Assembly: GCA_043824255.1 (NCBI GenBank)
Contig: JBDRTG010000040.1
Coordinates: 1-64,000 of the forward strand
Reading direction: 5' to 3'
Length of the DNA stretch: 64,000 bases
Source of the DNA: a bacterium
GTDB lineage: Bacteria; JAHJDO01
The notes beneath the pieces were generated by a model that saw only the letters and a program-made list of their open reading frames with translations, did no database searches and was not told where the DNA came from. A program made the translations under genes and the position numbers. Below, piece by piece: positions 40,101 through 49,624 of this stretch (the first letter of the stretch is position 1; the number at the start of each line of letters is the position of its first letter).

Positions 40101-41186
40101 TTAATTTCTTGCCTTGATTAGTATTACTAGGTGAAGAAGCGCAAAAATGATATTAGCCAGCCATGCAGCAAGCCAGGGATTAATAGCCCCATCTCTTCCA
40201 ATCGCTAATGTAATAGGAATTGCTATACCATAATAGATAAATCCAATACCCAGAGCAATTCCAATGCTTTCCTTTTTCCCCTTTTTGTCCATAACTAGCA
40301 TTATAGAAAAAGCAATAATTACCATTACAAGATTTGAGAACGGAAGCGATATTCTTGAATGCAGCTCTGTCAATTCCCTGTATGGGTAGCATTTAATTTT
40401 CATTAAACTTTTAATGCGGCGTTTTAAGAGCTTTATGTCTAGATGCGGTAATTCAGCTTGTTTAATCAAAAGATCACGAGGTGTTTCTGTAATGTCAGAT
40501 CCTAATTGTTTAAAGTTTTCAGTTTTAATAATAGACCCTTCTATATCAAATACACGAACTAACCCGTTAAAAAGTATCCATTTCTTATTTATCCATTTTG
40601 CCTCTTTAGCATTAACTGTATTTTTAATATTATAATTTTTATCATACTGAGTTATTTTAATATTATGCATATATTTATCTTTTGCATTAAAAAGACCCAC
40701 GTGAACGATTCTGTTTTTTACATCTAAAAATGCAAAATCAGTCCATACTTTCTTTTTAAGTTGGTATTGTTTACCAATGTTGACTTTCCATATGTAGCGC
40801 GCTTTTGACATTGATTTAGGAGCAATATTCATACTTACAGGTATAGACACTAAACTTATGATTGCAGAAACCAACAAAAATGGCATTAAAATTTTCATAG
40901 AGCTTACTCCACTAGCCCACAATGCCATTAGCTCGTTATGTTTATTAAGATAGTTCAAGGTTATTATTATGCCTATGAGAGTTGATATGGGCACGATTTT
41001 TATATATATATCCGGCAACAGGTTTCTGTAATAGCTTAGAATGTCAGTGAATTTTGCGCCTTCTGATACAAATTCGTCTGTATTGCTTATTAGATCTATT
41101 ATCAGATAGAGACATATAAATGCTGTTAGGCAGTAGAATAATGAGCACAAAAAACTTTTTATAAGATAGCGATCTATAACCTTCAT
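40101..41186 (-). CDS. lptG: LPS export permease LptG (LptF/G family)
   Basis: IDRYL start, KHNELMALWASGVS, PWLAAWLANI; second of pair. Confidence 0.85.
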   Translation of the reverse strand: MKVIDRYLIKSFLCSLFYCLTAFICLYLIIDLISNTDEFVSEGAKFTDILSYYRNLLPDIYIKIVPISTLIGIIITLNYLNKHNELMALWASGVSSMKILMPFLLVSAIISLVSIPVSMNIAPKSMSKARYIWKVNIGKQYQLKKKVWTDFAFLDVKNRIVHVGLFNAKDKYMHNIKITQYDKNYNIKNTVNAKEAKWINKKWILFNGLVRVFDIEGSIIKTENFKQLGSDITETPRDLLIKQAELPHLDIKLLKRRIKSLMKIKCYPYRELTELHSRISLPFSNLVMVIIAFSIMLVMDKKGKKESIGIALGIGFIYYGIAIPITLAIGRDGAINPWLAAWLANIIFALLHLVILIKARN

Positions 41187-41196
41187 TTATAAAATT

Positions 41197-42285
41197 CTAA
41201 CATAGATAGCGTGTTTTATGAATTAAGTATACACCCGTTGTTCCAATTATAATGTTTGGTAGCCACATTGCTACAGCAGGTGGCATGTAGCCTTTTTGCG
41301 CTATTATTGATCCTGATATCATTAATAAGTAGTGAAGAAGAATAACAGGCATACCTATTCCTATAGCTGCAAATTTGCTGCTACGGTGATATCTAATACT
41401 CAGAGGAATGCCGATTAGGATAAATGGAATAAATGCAAAAGAAAGAGAAGCTTTTCTGTATAATTCCACATATAATTTATTTGTATTAGCCTTTGCATTT
41501 ATAATTTTGTTTTTCAAATCACTAGAAGTCATTTCAATAGTGCTCTTTTCTAACTTAATCGTATCATAAGCAATAGATCCAAAATCTATAGGGTAAATCT
41601 TAAAAGAGCCTTTAAAATATTCGTTTGAATTTTTGGCGTTGAACTCTTCAGTAAACACATTCTCTAATTTGAGTACCAGACTTTTGTCTTTTGGATTAGA
41701 TATAAAACGTCCTTGTTTTGCAGTTATTGTTCTTACAGAAAAGTCTGCTTTTAACTGGTGAATTATAACATTGTACAGAATATTATTTCTAATTTTATCC
41801 ACATAAAAAGTATATCCTTTGAATATCTTCATCGGCTTTTTTTCTTCCAGAAGAGCTGAGGGATTCAAAATACCGATTTCTTTGAATAATTTTTTTGAAG
41901 AGAAGTTTGCCTTAGGAGCGATTGTATTATTTAACGGCAAAGAGACTAGACACAATATTATACCAATAGCAAGGATTGGAGGCATGATTATTCTGTAAGG
42001 ATTTATCCCATTTGCTTTCATGGCAGTTATTTCATTGTCAGAAGAGAGCCTGCCAATAGAAGTAAGAGTAGCCACCAGTATTGCCATTGGTAAGGTGTAG
42101 GTCAGGATAAAAGGGAGAAGATATACAACTAGTTTTAAGACGCTAAGCACACTAATTCGCTCTTTAACCAGCATATTTGCCAGTCTAAACATGTTTCCAA
42201 GAAATAGAATAAATGTAAAGACGCACAGGCTTGAGAAGAAAGGGTCTATAAATTCTCTTAGGATATAGCGCGTTAATATTCGCAT
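41197..42285 (-). CDS. lptF: LPS export permease LptF (LptF/G family)
   Basis: ILTRYILRE, GRLSSDNEITAMKANGI, MWLPNII. Confidence 0.88.
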   Translation of the reverse strand: MRILTRYILREFIDPFFSSLCVFTFILFLGNMFRLANMLVKERISVLSVLKLVVYLLPFILTYTLPMAILVATLTSIGRLSSDNEITAMKANGINPYRIIMPPILAIGIILCLVSLPLNNTIAPKANFSSKKLFKEIGILNPSALLEEKKPMKIFKGYTFYVDKIRNNILYNVIIHQLKADFSVRTITAKQGRFISNPKDKSLVLKLENVFTEEFNAKNSNEYFKGSFKIYPIDFGSIAYDTIKLEKSTIEMTSSDLKNKIINAKANTNKLYVELYRKASLSFAFIPFILIGIPLSIRYHRSSKFAAIGIGMPVILLHYLLMISGSIIAQKGYMPPAVAMWLPNIIIGTTGVYLIHKTRYLC

Positions 42286-42301
42286 AGAAAAAATAGGGGT
42301 G

Positions 42302-43558
42302 TTATCTTGCTGCGCCCATTAAGCCAACAAGGTATTTGAGATCCTGGTCATTATATTCTATTTTTACACCTGCTATAAATGATGGTCTGTCCAGAATATC
42401 TTCTGCTCCAGCAACTATATAGTAGCTTTTATCTTCCCATATTTTATAGCTCAGATTTGTTCTAAGAAAGAATGGAGAGCTGTAAACAGCACTATGCCCT
42501 TCAACTGTAATGCTGGTTTTTTTATCAGGAAGTATATAGTCTGCTCCCAGTCCTACGCCTGAGTTTATCAGACCGCCCCTGACTGTTAGGTTATTGTCAA
42601 AGAATTTTAATGCAAGCTGTACGTCATATTCAATTTTATATCTCTCCTCTTTTGAATTGCTTGTGCCCAGCTTGCTTGCTCCTACAAGGTAATATTTATC
42701 CTCAGCAGGTTCAATCCTTATATAACCTTTATTTCTAAAAGCTCCCTCTCTGGCAGAATATACACTTTCGTCTCCTAACCAAGTTTTCATTTCTCTCATT
42801 TTGCCCAGTACATCTTTTGCACCTTCAGAGGCAGCCTTTGCTGATTTCATGGTTTTTCTGGCGTCATTATACAACTCTTCGTCATAAATTAGTTTCCCAA
42901 CAGTGCCTTCTCCTTTATCAATTTTTTTTACAATTTTCTTAATTGTCTTAACTGTCTCTTTTACTTCTGTACCAACTTCTTGGAATTCATCCATGATTTT
43001 TTGTGCTTTATCAGACGTTTCCTTTGCAGACTTCATAAACTCAGAAGTATTCTTATAAAGTTCTTCGTCAGTTAAGAGTTTTCCTGCTGTTCCCTCTCCC
43101 TTTTCAATCTTTTCCACAAGCTTCCCAATACTATCTGATATTTCCCCGGCTTTAGTAAAGAGCTGATCCAGTTGATAGGAATCTTTACCATCAACAATAC
43201 TCCCGGGCTTTAGAACAAGGCTATCTGCGGTTCCCATTGTGATACCAACATATTTGCCCCCCATGAGGCTTACGTCATTAATGCTAAATATAGAGTTTTG
43301 CCTGAGTGTTGTTTCTTTTTTTATCCACAAAGAAACCTGTATTTTATTGTCTTTTATATCAAAGTCTTCAACGCGTCCTACTTTCATCCCGGCCAGTGTT
43401 ACTGTGTCTCCTTTTTTGAGTCCGCCTATCTGGCTAAAGTTAACTTTTATTATATATCCATTTTCAAATATTCTGATTTTCCCTACCCAAAAGGTTAGAG
43501 CCATAAGTAGCACAATGCCTACAAAAAATGCTATCCCGACCTTCTTTTCAATATTCAA
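42302..43558 (-). CDS. mlaD: Long MlaD/MCE protein with helical stalk and C-terminal beta-rich domain
   Basis: N-terminal TM; GLKKGDTVTLAGMKVGRV MCE motif; two KGEGTxGKL...DEELY repeats. Confidence 0.9.
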   Translation of the reverse strand: MNIEKKVGIAFFVGIVLLMALTFWVGKIRIFENGYIIKVNFSQIGGLKKGDTVTLAGMKVGRVEDFDIKDNKIQVSLWIKKETTLRQNSIFSINDVSLMGGKYVGITMGTADSLVLKPGSIVDGKDSYQLDQLFTKAGEISDSIGKLVEKIEKGEGTAGKLLTDEELYKNTSEFMKSAKETSDKAQKIMDEFQEVGTEVKETVKTIKKIVKKIDKGEGTVGKLIYDEELYNDARKTMKSAKAASEGAKDVLGKMREMKTWLGDESVYSAREGAFRNKGYIRIEPAEDKYYLVGASKLGTSNSKEERYKIEYDVQLALKFFDNNLTVRGGLINSGVGLGADYILPDKKTSITVEGHSAVYSSPFFLRTNLSYKIWEDKSYYIVAGAEDILDRPSFIAGVKIEYNDQDLKYLVGLMGAAR

Positions 43559-43585
43559 AATATACCTCCGAATTTAATCTTCTTG

Positions 43586-44719
43586 TCATTTTATAGGACC
43601 CACATTACTTCCTGTAATAAACTGTTTAACAATGGGACTGTCCGTATTTTTAATTTCCTGAACAGTTCCCACCTGAATAATTACGCCATTATATAACATT
43701 GCTATGCGATCTGCAATCTGATATGTGCTAACTATATCATGAGTTATTACTATTGATGTAGTATTTAGTGTATTCTCAAGTTCTAAAATAAGTTTATTAA
43801 TAGAAGCTGCTCTAACTGGATCAAGTCCCGTTGTAGGTTCGTCATAGAGTATAATTTCCGGATCCATACTAATTGCTCTTGCAAGTCCAACTCTCTTTCT
43901 CATACCTCCACTCAAGTCAGCAGGTTTTAATCTTTGAGCACCGTCTAATCCAACTATCCCAAGCTTATTTTTGACTATTTTATCCATATCTTCTTCGCTC
44001 AGGTTTGTGTGCTCTTGCAATCCCAGTTTTACGTTTTCTTCAACAGTAAGAGAAGCAAGTAATGCAGCAGATTGAAAAAGCATGCCGAATTTTCTTCTGA
44101 TATTATCAAGTTCATTATCCGAAATTTTTGAAATATCAACTCCGTCCACCTCTACTATGCCAAAATCGGGTTTTATAAGACCAATTATATGTCTTAAAAG
44201 CACGGTCTTGCCACATCCGCTGCATCCAATAATAACAATTGTTTCTCCACGTCTAATTTCAAGATTAACGCCTTTTAATATCTTTTCATCTCCAAAACTT
44301 TTGTGTAGATCACTAATCTTAATTATTATTTCTTTAGTTTTTACAAATTCAATAATTCTTTGCTTTGCGTTTTTCTCTATTTGCGCAAATTCCAGGCCGG
44401 TTTCATAGTATTTTTCTCCACTTGAAATCACCATTGTTCTCTGCCGTTTCACAATACCACTTGCAGATATTTCTTCTTTACTACTGTCAGGAAGGGAGAA
44501 CCTTAAATGTATCAGAGAATTAGTTTTTATCTGTTTTTTAGTCTTAAAACAGATGCCTCCACCGCTTAGATCTTTAGATTTTCTTTCTTCTTGGTGTGCA
44601 AAGGCTGTATGTTCAGGAAGGTCAGTGCTTATTAATACATTTATTTCAATTGGCAAGCGAGAATATCTTCTGCGTTCATGAAAACTAATTTTTTCATCTA
44701 GCTTGTCTATTTCTATCAT
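43586..44719 (-). CDS. mlaF: PilZ-domain::MlaF/Mkl ABC ATPase fusion
   Basis: ERRRYSR and DLSGGG PilZ motifs; GCSGCGKT, LSGGMRKRVGLARA, YDEPTTGLDP; between mlaE and mlaD. Confidence 0.9.
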   Translation of the reverse strand: MIEIDKLDEKISFHERRRYSRLPIEINVLISTDLPEHTAFAHQEERKSKDLSGGGICFKTKKQIKTNSLIHLRFSLPDSSKEEISASGIVKRQRTMVISSGEKYYETGLEFAQIEKNAKQRIIEFVKTKEIIIKISDLHKSFGDEKILKGVNLEIRRGETIVIIGCSGCGKTVLLRHIIGLIKPDFGIVEVDGVDISKISDNELDNIRRKFGMLFQSAALLASLTVEENVKLGLQEHTNLSEEDMDKIVKNKLGIVGLDGAQRLKPADLSGGMRKRVGLARAISMDPEIILYDEPTTGLDPVRAASINKLILELENTLNTTSIVITHDIVSTYQIADRIAMLYNGVIIQVGTVQEIKNTDSPIVKQFITGSNVGPIK

Positions 44720-44723
44720 TTTA

Positions 44724-45497
44724 TTAGCTCTTTTGAAAAAACATTCTGGTTAAGAAGTAATCAAACACTATGATCAATAGAAACGAAATAACAACAGAGG
44801 CAGTAGTTGATTTACCCACACCTTCGGCTCCACCTCTGGTTCTAAATCCCTGATAACATGATATTATTGAGACAACTATGCCAAAGACAAATGCCTTTAC
44901 TAATCCGCTATATACGTCCTTTATTGTTAAGAAGTTTTTAATGCTGTCTAGGTATGTACTGGTGTCTACGCCTATCTGAAATTTTGATACAATAAATCCT
45001 CCTGCCATGCCTACACAATCCGAGTATATAACCAGAATGGGAAGCATAATTATGCATGCCAGAAATCTTGGCATTACCAGGTATCTGATAGGGTTTATTG
45101 CCAGTGTTTTAAGCGCGTCTATCTCCTCAGACACCTGCATTGTTCCAAGTTCTGCTGTCATTGATGCTCCGACTCTTCCTGCAACTATAAGTCCGGTAAG
45201 CACAGGACCCATTTCTCTGCACATGGATGCTGATACTATTGATCCTATCAGGTGCTGGATATGATATTTTGAAAGTTCAGTTCCTGTCTGAAGTGCGAGC
45301 ACCATTCCTGTAAAAATTGACATTAAGGATGTGATAGGAAGCGTATAAACGCCAATTTCTAGCATTTGTTTTGTAATAGGTTTTAGATTTTTAAATGCTG
45401 ATTTACACCAATATACGGTTTTTGCCAGTAATATTAAGACTTCCCCTGTATAATCCAGAGCGTCTGCAATTCTGCCATATATACTTTGCTTCATCAC
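44724..45497 (-). CDS. mlaE: MlaE family permease
   Basis: REMGPVLTGLIVAGRVGASMTAELGTMQVSEEIDAL, GAEGVGKSTT. Confidence 0.95.
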   Translation of the reverse strand: MMKQSIYGRIADALDYTGEVLILLAKTVYWCKSAFKNLKPITKQMLEIGVYTLPITSLMSIFTGMVLALQTGTELSKYHIQHLIGSIVSASMCREMGPVLTGLIVAGRVGASMTAELGTMQVSEEIDALKTLAINPIRYLVMPRFLACIIMLPILVIYSDCVGMAGGFIVSKFQIGVDTSTYLDSIKNFLTIKDVYSGLVKAFVFGIVVSIISCYQGFRTRGGAEGVGKSTTASVVISFLLIIVFDYFLTRMFFQKS

Positions 45498-45536
45498 ATT
45501 AACTTAAAATTTACAATTAAAAATTCAAAACTTATT

Positions 45537-45613
45537 TGGTACGCCTGGCCCGATTCGAACGGGCGACCTTCAGATTCGAAGTCTGCCGCTCTATCCAGCT
45601 GAGCTACAGGCGC
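45537..45613 (-). tRNA. tRNA-Arg (UCG)
   Basis: Reverse strand GCGCCTGTAGCTCAGCTGGATAGAGCGGCAGACTTCGAATCTGAAGGTCGCCCGTTCGAATCGGGCCAGGCGTACCA; loop CT-TCG-AA; encoded CCA. Confidence 0.95.
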
Positions 45614-45617
45614 GGGT

Positions 45618-45695
45618 TGGGGTGAGTGACGGGAGTCGAACCCGCGACTTCCAGAACCACAATCTGGCGCTCTAACCAACTGAGCTACACCCACC
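45618..45695 (-). tRNA. tRNA-His (GUG)
   Basis: Reverse strand GGTGGGTGTAGCTCAGTTGGTTAGAGCGCCAGATTGTGGTTCTGGAAGTCGCGGGTTCGACTCCCGTCACTCACCCCA; G-1:C73; encoded CCA. Confidence 0.96.
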
Positions 45696-45708
45696 ACGAT
45701 GCTGAATA

Positions 45709-45737
45709 ATACTAATATATAGGGTTGCAAAAAGCAA
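45709..45737 (-). promoter_or_regulatory. Putative sigma70 promoter upstream of tRNA-His
   Basis: Minus strand TTGCTT-17 nt-TAGTAT, 13 nt before the tRNA. Confidence 0.6.
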
Positions 45738-45762
45738 GAGTATTAATTTGGTGTCAGTGAAG

Positions 45763-47949
45763 CTACATTTTGGATTTCGCCTCAATTGCAAATTTTGTTC
45801 CTGGATAATCAGTGGTTATTTGTTTGTAAAGTTTATCTGCTTTTGAGAAATTTCCTTTAGCTCTGTAGCAATGAGCAAGGAATAATTTGGCTTCTGGGAG
45901 TATTGTGCTTTCAGGATTGATTTTTATCAACATATTTAGCTCTTTTATTGCTTCTGAATAGCATTGCGTATAGTAATAACACTCAGCTTTATATAACGAA
46001 CTATATCCTAGTTTACTCAGAGGATACTGATCTTCCCATTTTTTTATTTTTTCCATAGCATCATTGATCTTTTTTCTTTTTATATAGTTTGAGATTGTAT
46101 GCATATAGTAACCTTGCATATAAATATCTTTTTTGCCGGATGCACTAATGTAGTATTTAGCTGCATTATTAATGTCACCCAGAGCCTTGTAGGAATCTCC
46201 AAGATTAATGAGAATTTGTTTTATCTCCTCATTTTTTTTATTTTCATATTCTTTCAGGATATTTTTATATTCAATAATAGCTTTGTCATAGTTTTTAAAG
46301 TCAAAGGCTACTATATCTGCCATTTTCCACCTTGCAAGTAAAACTATATTTTTCTCATTAGAAATGTGTAAAACTTTTTTATATGTTTCAAAAGCTTGTT
46401 CGGGATTTTTTTTGCTGTTTTTGTAAAAGTCACCCAAGATTATAAACACTTTGGCAATTTGAATTGGATCCAGGCTGCTAAACTGTTCTAGAAACAAGTT
46501 ACATGCCTTAGCAGTAAGGGGATCCTCTCTGACTTGCAAAAAGAAGTTTATGCTTGCCATGAGTGTTTTTGGAGAATCACATTTATTTAAATATTCTGAG
46601 ATAATCTTAGTATATTTTCTAGAGCGGTTTTTATAGTCTTCGTCCTTATTAAAAAAAACATCCATGGTTCTTATATTTTGGCTGGTAGTGTCTGATATGT
46701 CTTTTTCTATTGACTGAACCTCCTTAGCTGGGAATAAACATGTTCCATTTGGGATTTCAATTTCAAGAGCATGAGAGATACTTTTAATTTGTCCTCTGAT
46801 TTCTCTAGCATCTTTAAGAATTACTTTATCTGCTATTATTTTTAGTTTAACTTTATATTCTCCAGGTTGAAGGTAGACATGTAGAGGATTTGTCTTTTTA
46901 CTTGTTGTTCCGTCTCCAAAGTCCCAGATGCAGAGACCTCCAAGTTTTTGATCTCCTGATAGATTATAGAATTGCAAGCATGAGTAAATATTTTTATCTA
47001 TTTTATAATTGCTTATTTGCTCCCATGTAAAGTCAGCCGCTATAGGATTATCATACTTCTCAAAGTTTGTTACTTTAGTATGAATGGGAGATAAAAACGC
47101 TTGCGCAGGTATAAGCTTAAAGTATTTATCCTCAGGCTTCTTCCATCCTGCTACAGCGGTGGTAACACCGCTGAATTGAGTATGATAATAGTCAATCTTG
47201 TGTATACCCGCCTTAAGATGAATTTTCCCTCCGTATTTACCATAGACTCCCTCAGATGCTCCATGACCTCCAGGCCACTGTGTAACAAGTCTATTGTCTA
47301 TGAATAAGAAAGAGGCATCATCAGAAGCGGTTGCAAACCAGTACAGGCCTGTTTGGGCGCAGTATATATGTCCGCTATAGATACTAATAAATCTTTCAGA
47401 TGTACCAAATAGATTGTAGCCCTGAAAAATATTAGGAACATATCCTTTCCCATATATCTGTTCATTCCTATCTAGTAGTCTTTTCATTTGGTGCCAATTC
47501 TTGCAGTATCCTGAGCCAAGTTTTCTGGTTTCCAGTAAAAGTCCTGTATATAAAGGATTCCAGTTATAGTTCGCAGGTTGTGCATTTGGATTATTGAAGT
47601 AAATATAGTAGTTTTCAAAACTGATTTTAGCATCAAATATGATCTTTGTCTTGCCCAGTGGGTCACAATGTATCAATTTATGCGACACAATATTGCCCAA
47701 ATTATCTATTACTCTTATGTCAGAACCATTATCCTTTATAAGACCACCAGTAGTAAAGGTTGTGTATACTATGCCAGAAGGTTGTTGTGTCTTTTCCCAT
47801 AAAAGCGGGTAAACAGTCTTTCTGCATTTAAAATCAGAATTCCACCATTTAATATTAGAAGAAGAGTATGCAGAGAGCAGTGAAGCGAGAGGATGGAAAA
47901 TGGAGAAGCAAAGAGTTAATAATGCAAAAATAATAGATTTATGTTTCAT
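45763..47949 (-). CDS. Secreted PA14-like + PKD + TPR protein
   Basis: Signal peptide; GSDIRV; FATASDDASFLFID (PA14-like); WDFGDG...NPLHVYLQPGEYKVKL (PKD); C-terminal TPRs. Confidence 0.8.
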   Translation of the reverse strand: MKHKSIIFALLTLCFSIFHPLASLLSAYSSSNIKWWNSDFKCRKTVYPLLWEKTQQPSGIVYTTFTTGGLIKDNGSDIRVIDNLGNIVSHKLIHCDPLGKTKIIFDAKISFENYYIYFNNPNAQPANYNWNPLYTGLLLETRKLGSGYCKNWHQMKRLLDRNEQIYGKGYVPNIFQGYNLFGTSERFISIYSGHIYCAQTGLYWFATASDDASFLFIDNRLVTQWPGGHGASEGVYGKYGGKIHLKAGIHKIDYYHTQFSGVTTAVAGWKKPEDKYFKLIPAQAFLSPIHTKVTNFEKYDNPIAADFTWEQISNYKIDKNIYSCLQFYNLSGDQKLGGLCIWDFGDGTTSKKTNPLHVYLQPGEYKVKLKIIADKVILKDAREIRGQIKSISHALEIEIPNGTCLFPAKEVQSIEKDISDTTSQNIRTMDVFFNKDEDYKNRSRKYTKIISEYLNKCDSPKTLMASINFFLQVREDPLTAKACNLFLEQFSSLDPIQIAKVFIILGDFYKNSKKNPEQAFETYKKVLHISNEKNIVLLARWKMADIVAFDFKNYDKAIIEYKNILKEYENKKNEEIKQILINLGDSYKALGDINNAAKYYISASGKKDIYMQGYYMHTISNYIKRKKINDAMEKIKKWEDQYPLSKLGYSSLYKAECYYYTQCYSEAIKELNMLIKINPESTILPEAKLFLAHCYRAKGNFSKADKLYKQITTDYPGTKFAIEAKSKM

Positions 47950-47953
47950 GTTG

Positions 47954-49624
47954 CTATTCGAATACTAAATATCCAAATCTTTCGGGTACATGAAATGATA
48001 TCAAAGTGAGTGACCAGCAGCTAAGTTCGGTTTTGCCTGCTCTGCGAGCTCTGTTAAAGTTTATTCCCCAGACTTCATTATTATAAATAGGATATTTTAT
48101 ATTCAGAGAAGAATAGTCAATGCTCGCCTCACCTGTCCAATAACCTTTTGAGCTATGAATCTTAGCTTTACCATTCCAATTCCCATTCCATGCTTTAGAG
48201 TAGGACTTATATCCAGCAGGTGCGAAACCATCATAAAAAACGCTTTTTGGGTTCATGATAAAATGGTAGTAACTACAATAGTCTCTTTTGGTATCCAAGA
48301 AAAGCTCCATGCAGTCATCACTCCAAACGTTATCATCTCTGGTTTTTGCTTTAATAAGTAGCTTTGATAGATTTTTTTCATATAAAATAAACCCAAAGTA
48401 TATTCTTTTATCATCATAAGTAACCATAGCTACACTCTGCAGAGAAGCCTTTTTGTTGCTTTTATAGTCAAAATAATCAGTGGCTTTCTGGGCTTTGCTC
48501 CAGCATGCATCAGATAGGTATCCATCTATTTTAGGTGGAGAAGAAGTTCTTTTTGCAATATATACTCGTTTAGGACATTTGAGAGAGCGGTCACGTACCC
48601 AGAGCTCTCCCATCGCATTTTTTGCCCAGATTGTATCTGGATTGTTAGTTATGATATCATTATATATCTCTGTTGCAGTGTCTGATTTACCCAAACGTTC
48701 TTCTAGTCTGGCGATATGAAAATACCTACCTAAATATTTGGGGTCTTTTTTGACAATGTTTTTATAGATTTCTAAGGATTTCTGGTAATTACCCATAGAT
48801 TCATTGATTAAGGCTATTTGTTCTAAAATCTGTATCTTATCTGCTTCAAGTGTAGATGTTGATAAAACTTTATTACAGACATCAATTGCTTCTGAATATT
48901 TTTCCTGAAAAGAGAGAATGTTAGATTTTGATAGATATATTTCCACAATATCTTTTACTGTTGCTATATCATGGAACTCTTTAAGTATCTTATTATAGAT
49001 TTCAAGCGCTTTTTGGTTATCTCCTGATGCAAGATATGCTTTTGCAGACTTTTTTAGAATGTTTAGTTGTTCCTTCCTTGAGGCATATTTTGCAGCTATT
49101 TCATAGAATTTTAGAGCTTCTTCTTTTTGTTTTCTCTCCTCCAGCATTTTGGCGTATCCTTTATATACATCTGCTAGACGCCTATCATCAGGAAATTTTT
49201 TACTTACATCCCGATAAACTTTAAACAAAGCTGATTTTTTATTTCTAACTGAGTTTATAAGAAGCAGGTAAATTTTTATAATCTCAGGATTGTCTCCCTC
49301 TTTTCGAATGGCGGATTTATAGGTCCAGTAAGCTTCTCGTCTTGATTTTATTTGCTCGAAAATTTTACCAAGTTCAATGTATTTATCTATTACTTCAGAA
49401 GTATGTGGATGCTTTTTAATGAATTTCCTCAGCTCTTTTATTTGCTTCCGTTTGGACATGTATGGCTGCAGATAACCCTCTGTTCCTTTCGGGCTGGTTT
49501 CTATAAGCAGTGCAAATTTAAATTTTTTTGATAAATAATTGTTGATAACAATCAGACAGAAGACCAATACAAGCAGTGTTATAAGAATTGACAGATTTCC
49601 TTTATCCTTAAGATTGAGCAGCAT
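47954..49624 (-). CDS. Membrane-anchored TPR protein with C-terminal CBM9-like domain
   Basis: N-terminal TM; TPRs; PPKIDGYLSDACW, RDDNVWSDDCMELFLD, WGINFNR, FHVPERFG. Confidence 0.8.
   Translation of the reverse strand: MLLNLKDKGNLSILITLLVLVFCLIVINNYLSKKFKFALLIETSPKGTEGYLQPYMSKRKQIKELRKFIKKHPHTSEVIDKYIELGKIFEQIKSRREAYWTYKSAIRKEGDNPEIIKIYLLLINSVRNKKSALFKVYRDVSKKFPDDRRLADVYKGYAKMLEERKQKEEALKFYEIAAKYASRKEQLNILKKSAKAYLASGDNQKALEIYNKILKEFHDIATVKDIVEIYLSKSNILSFQEKYSEAIDVCNKVLSTSTLEADKIQILEQIALINESMGNYQKSLEIYKNIVKKDPKYLGRYFHIARLEERLGKSDTATEIYNDIITNNPDTIWAKNAMGELWVRDRSLKCPKRVYIAKRTSSPPKIDGYLSDACWSKAQKATDYFDYKSNKKASLQSVAMVTYDDKRIYFGFILYEKNLSKLLIKAKTRDDNVWSDDCMELFLDTKRDYCSYYHFIMNPKSVFYDGFAPAGYKSYSKAWNGNWNGKAKIHSSKGYWTGEASIDYSSLNIKYPIYNNEVWGINFNRARRAGKTELSCWSLTLISFHVPERFGYLVFE

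Noticed and set aside
45494..45730. 78-aa minus-strand ORF
   Set aside because: It reads through the two tRNA genes.
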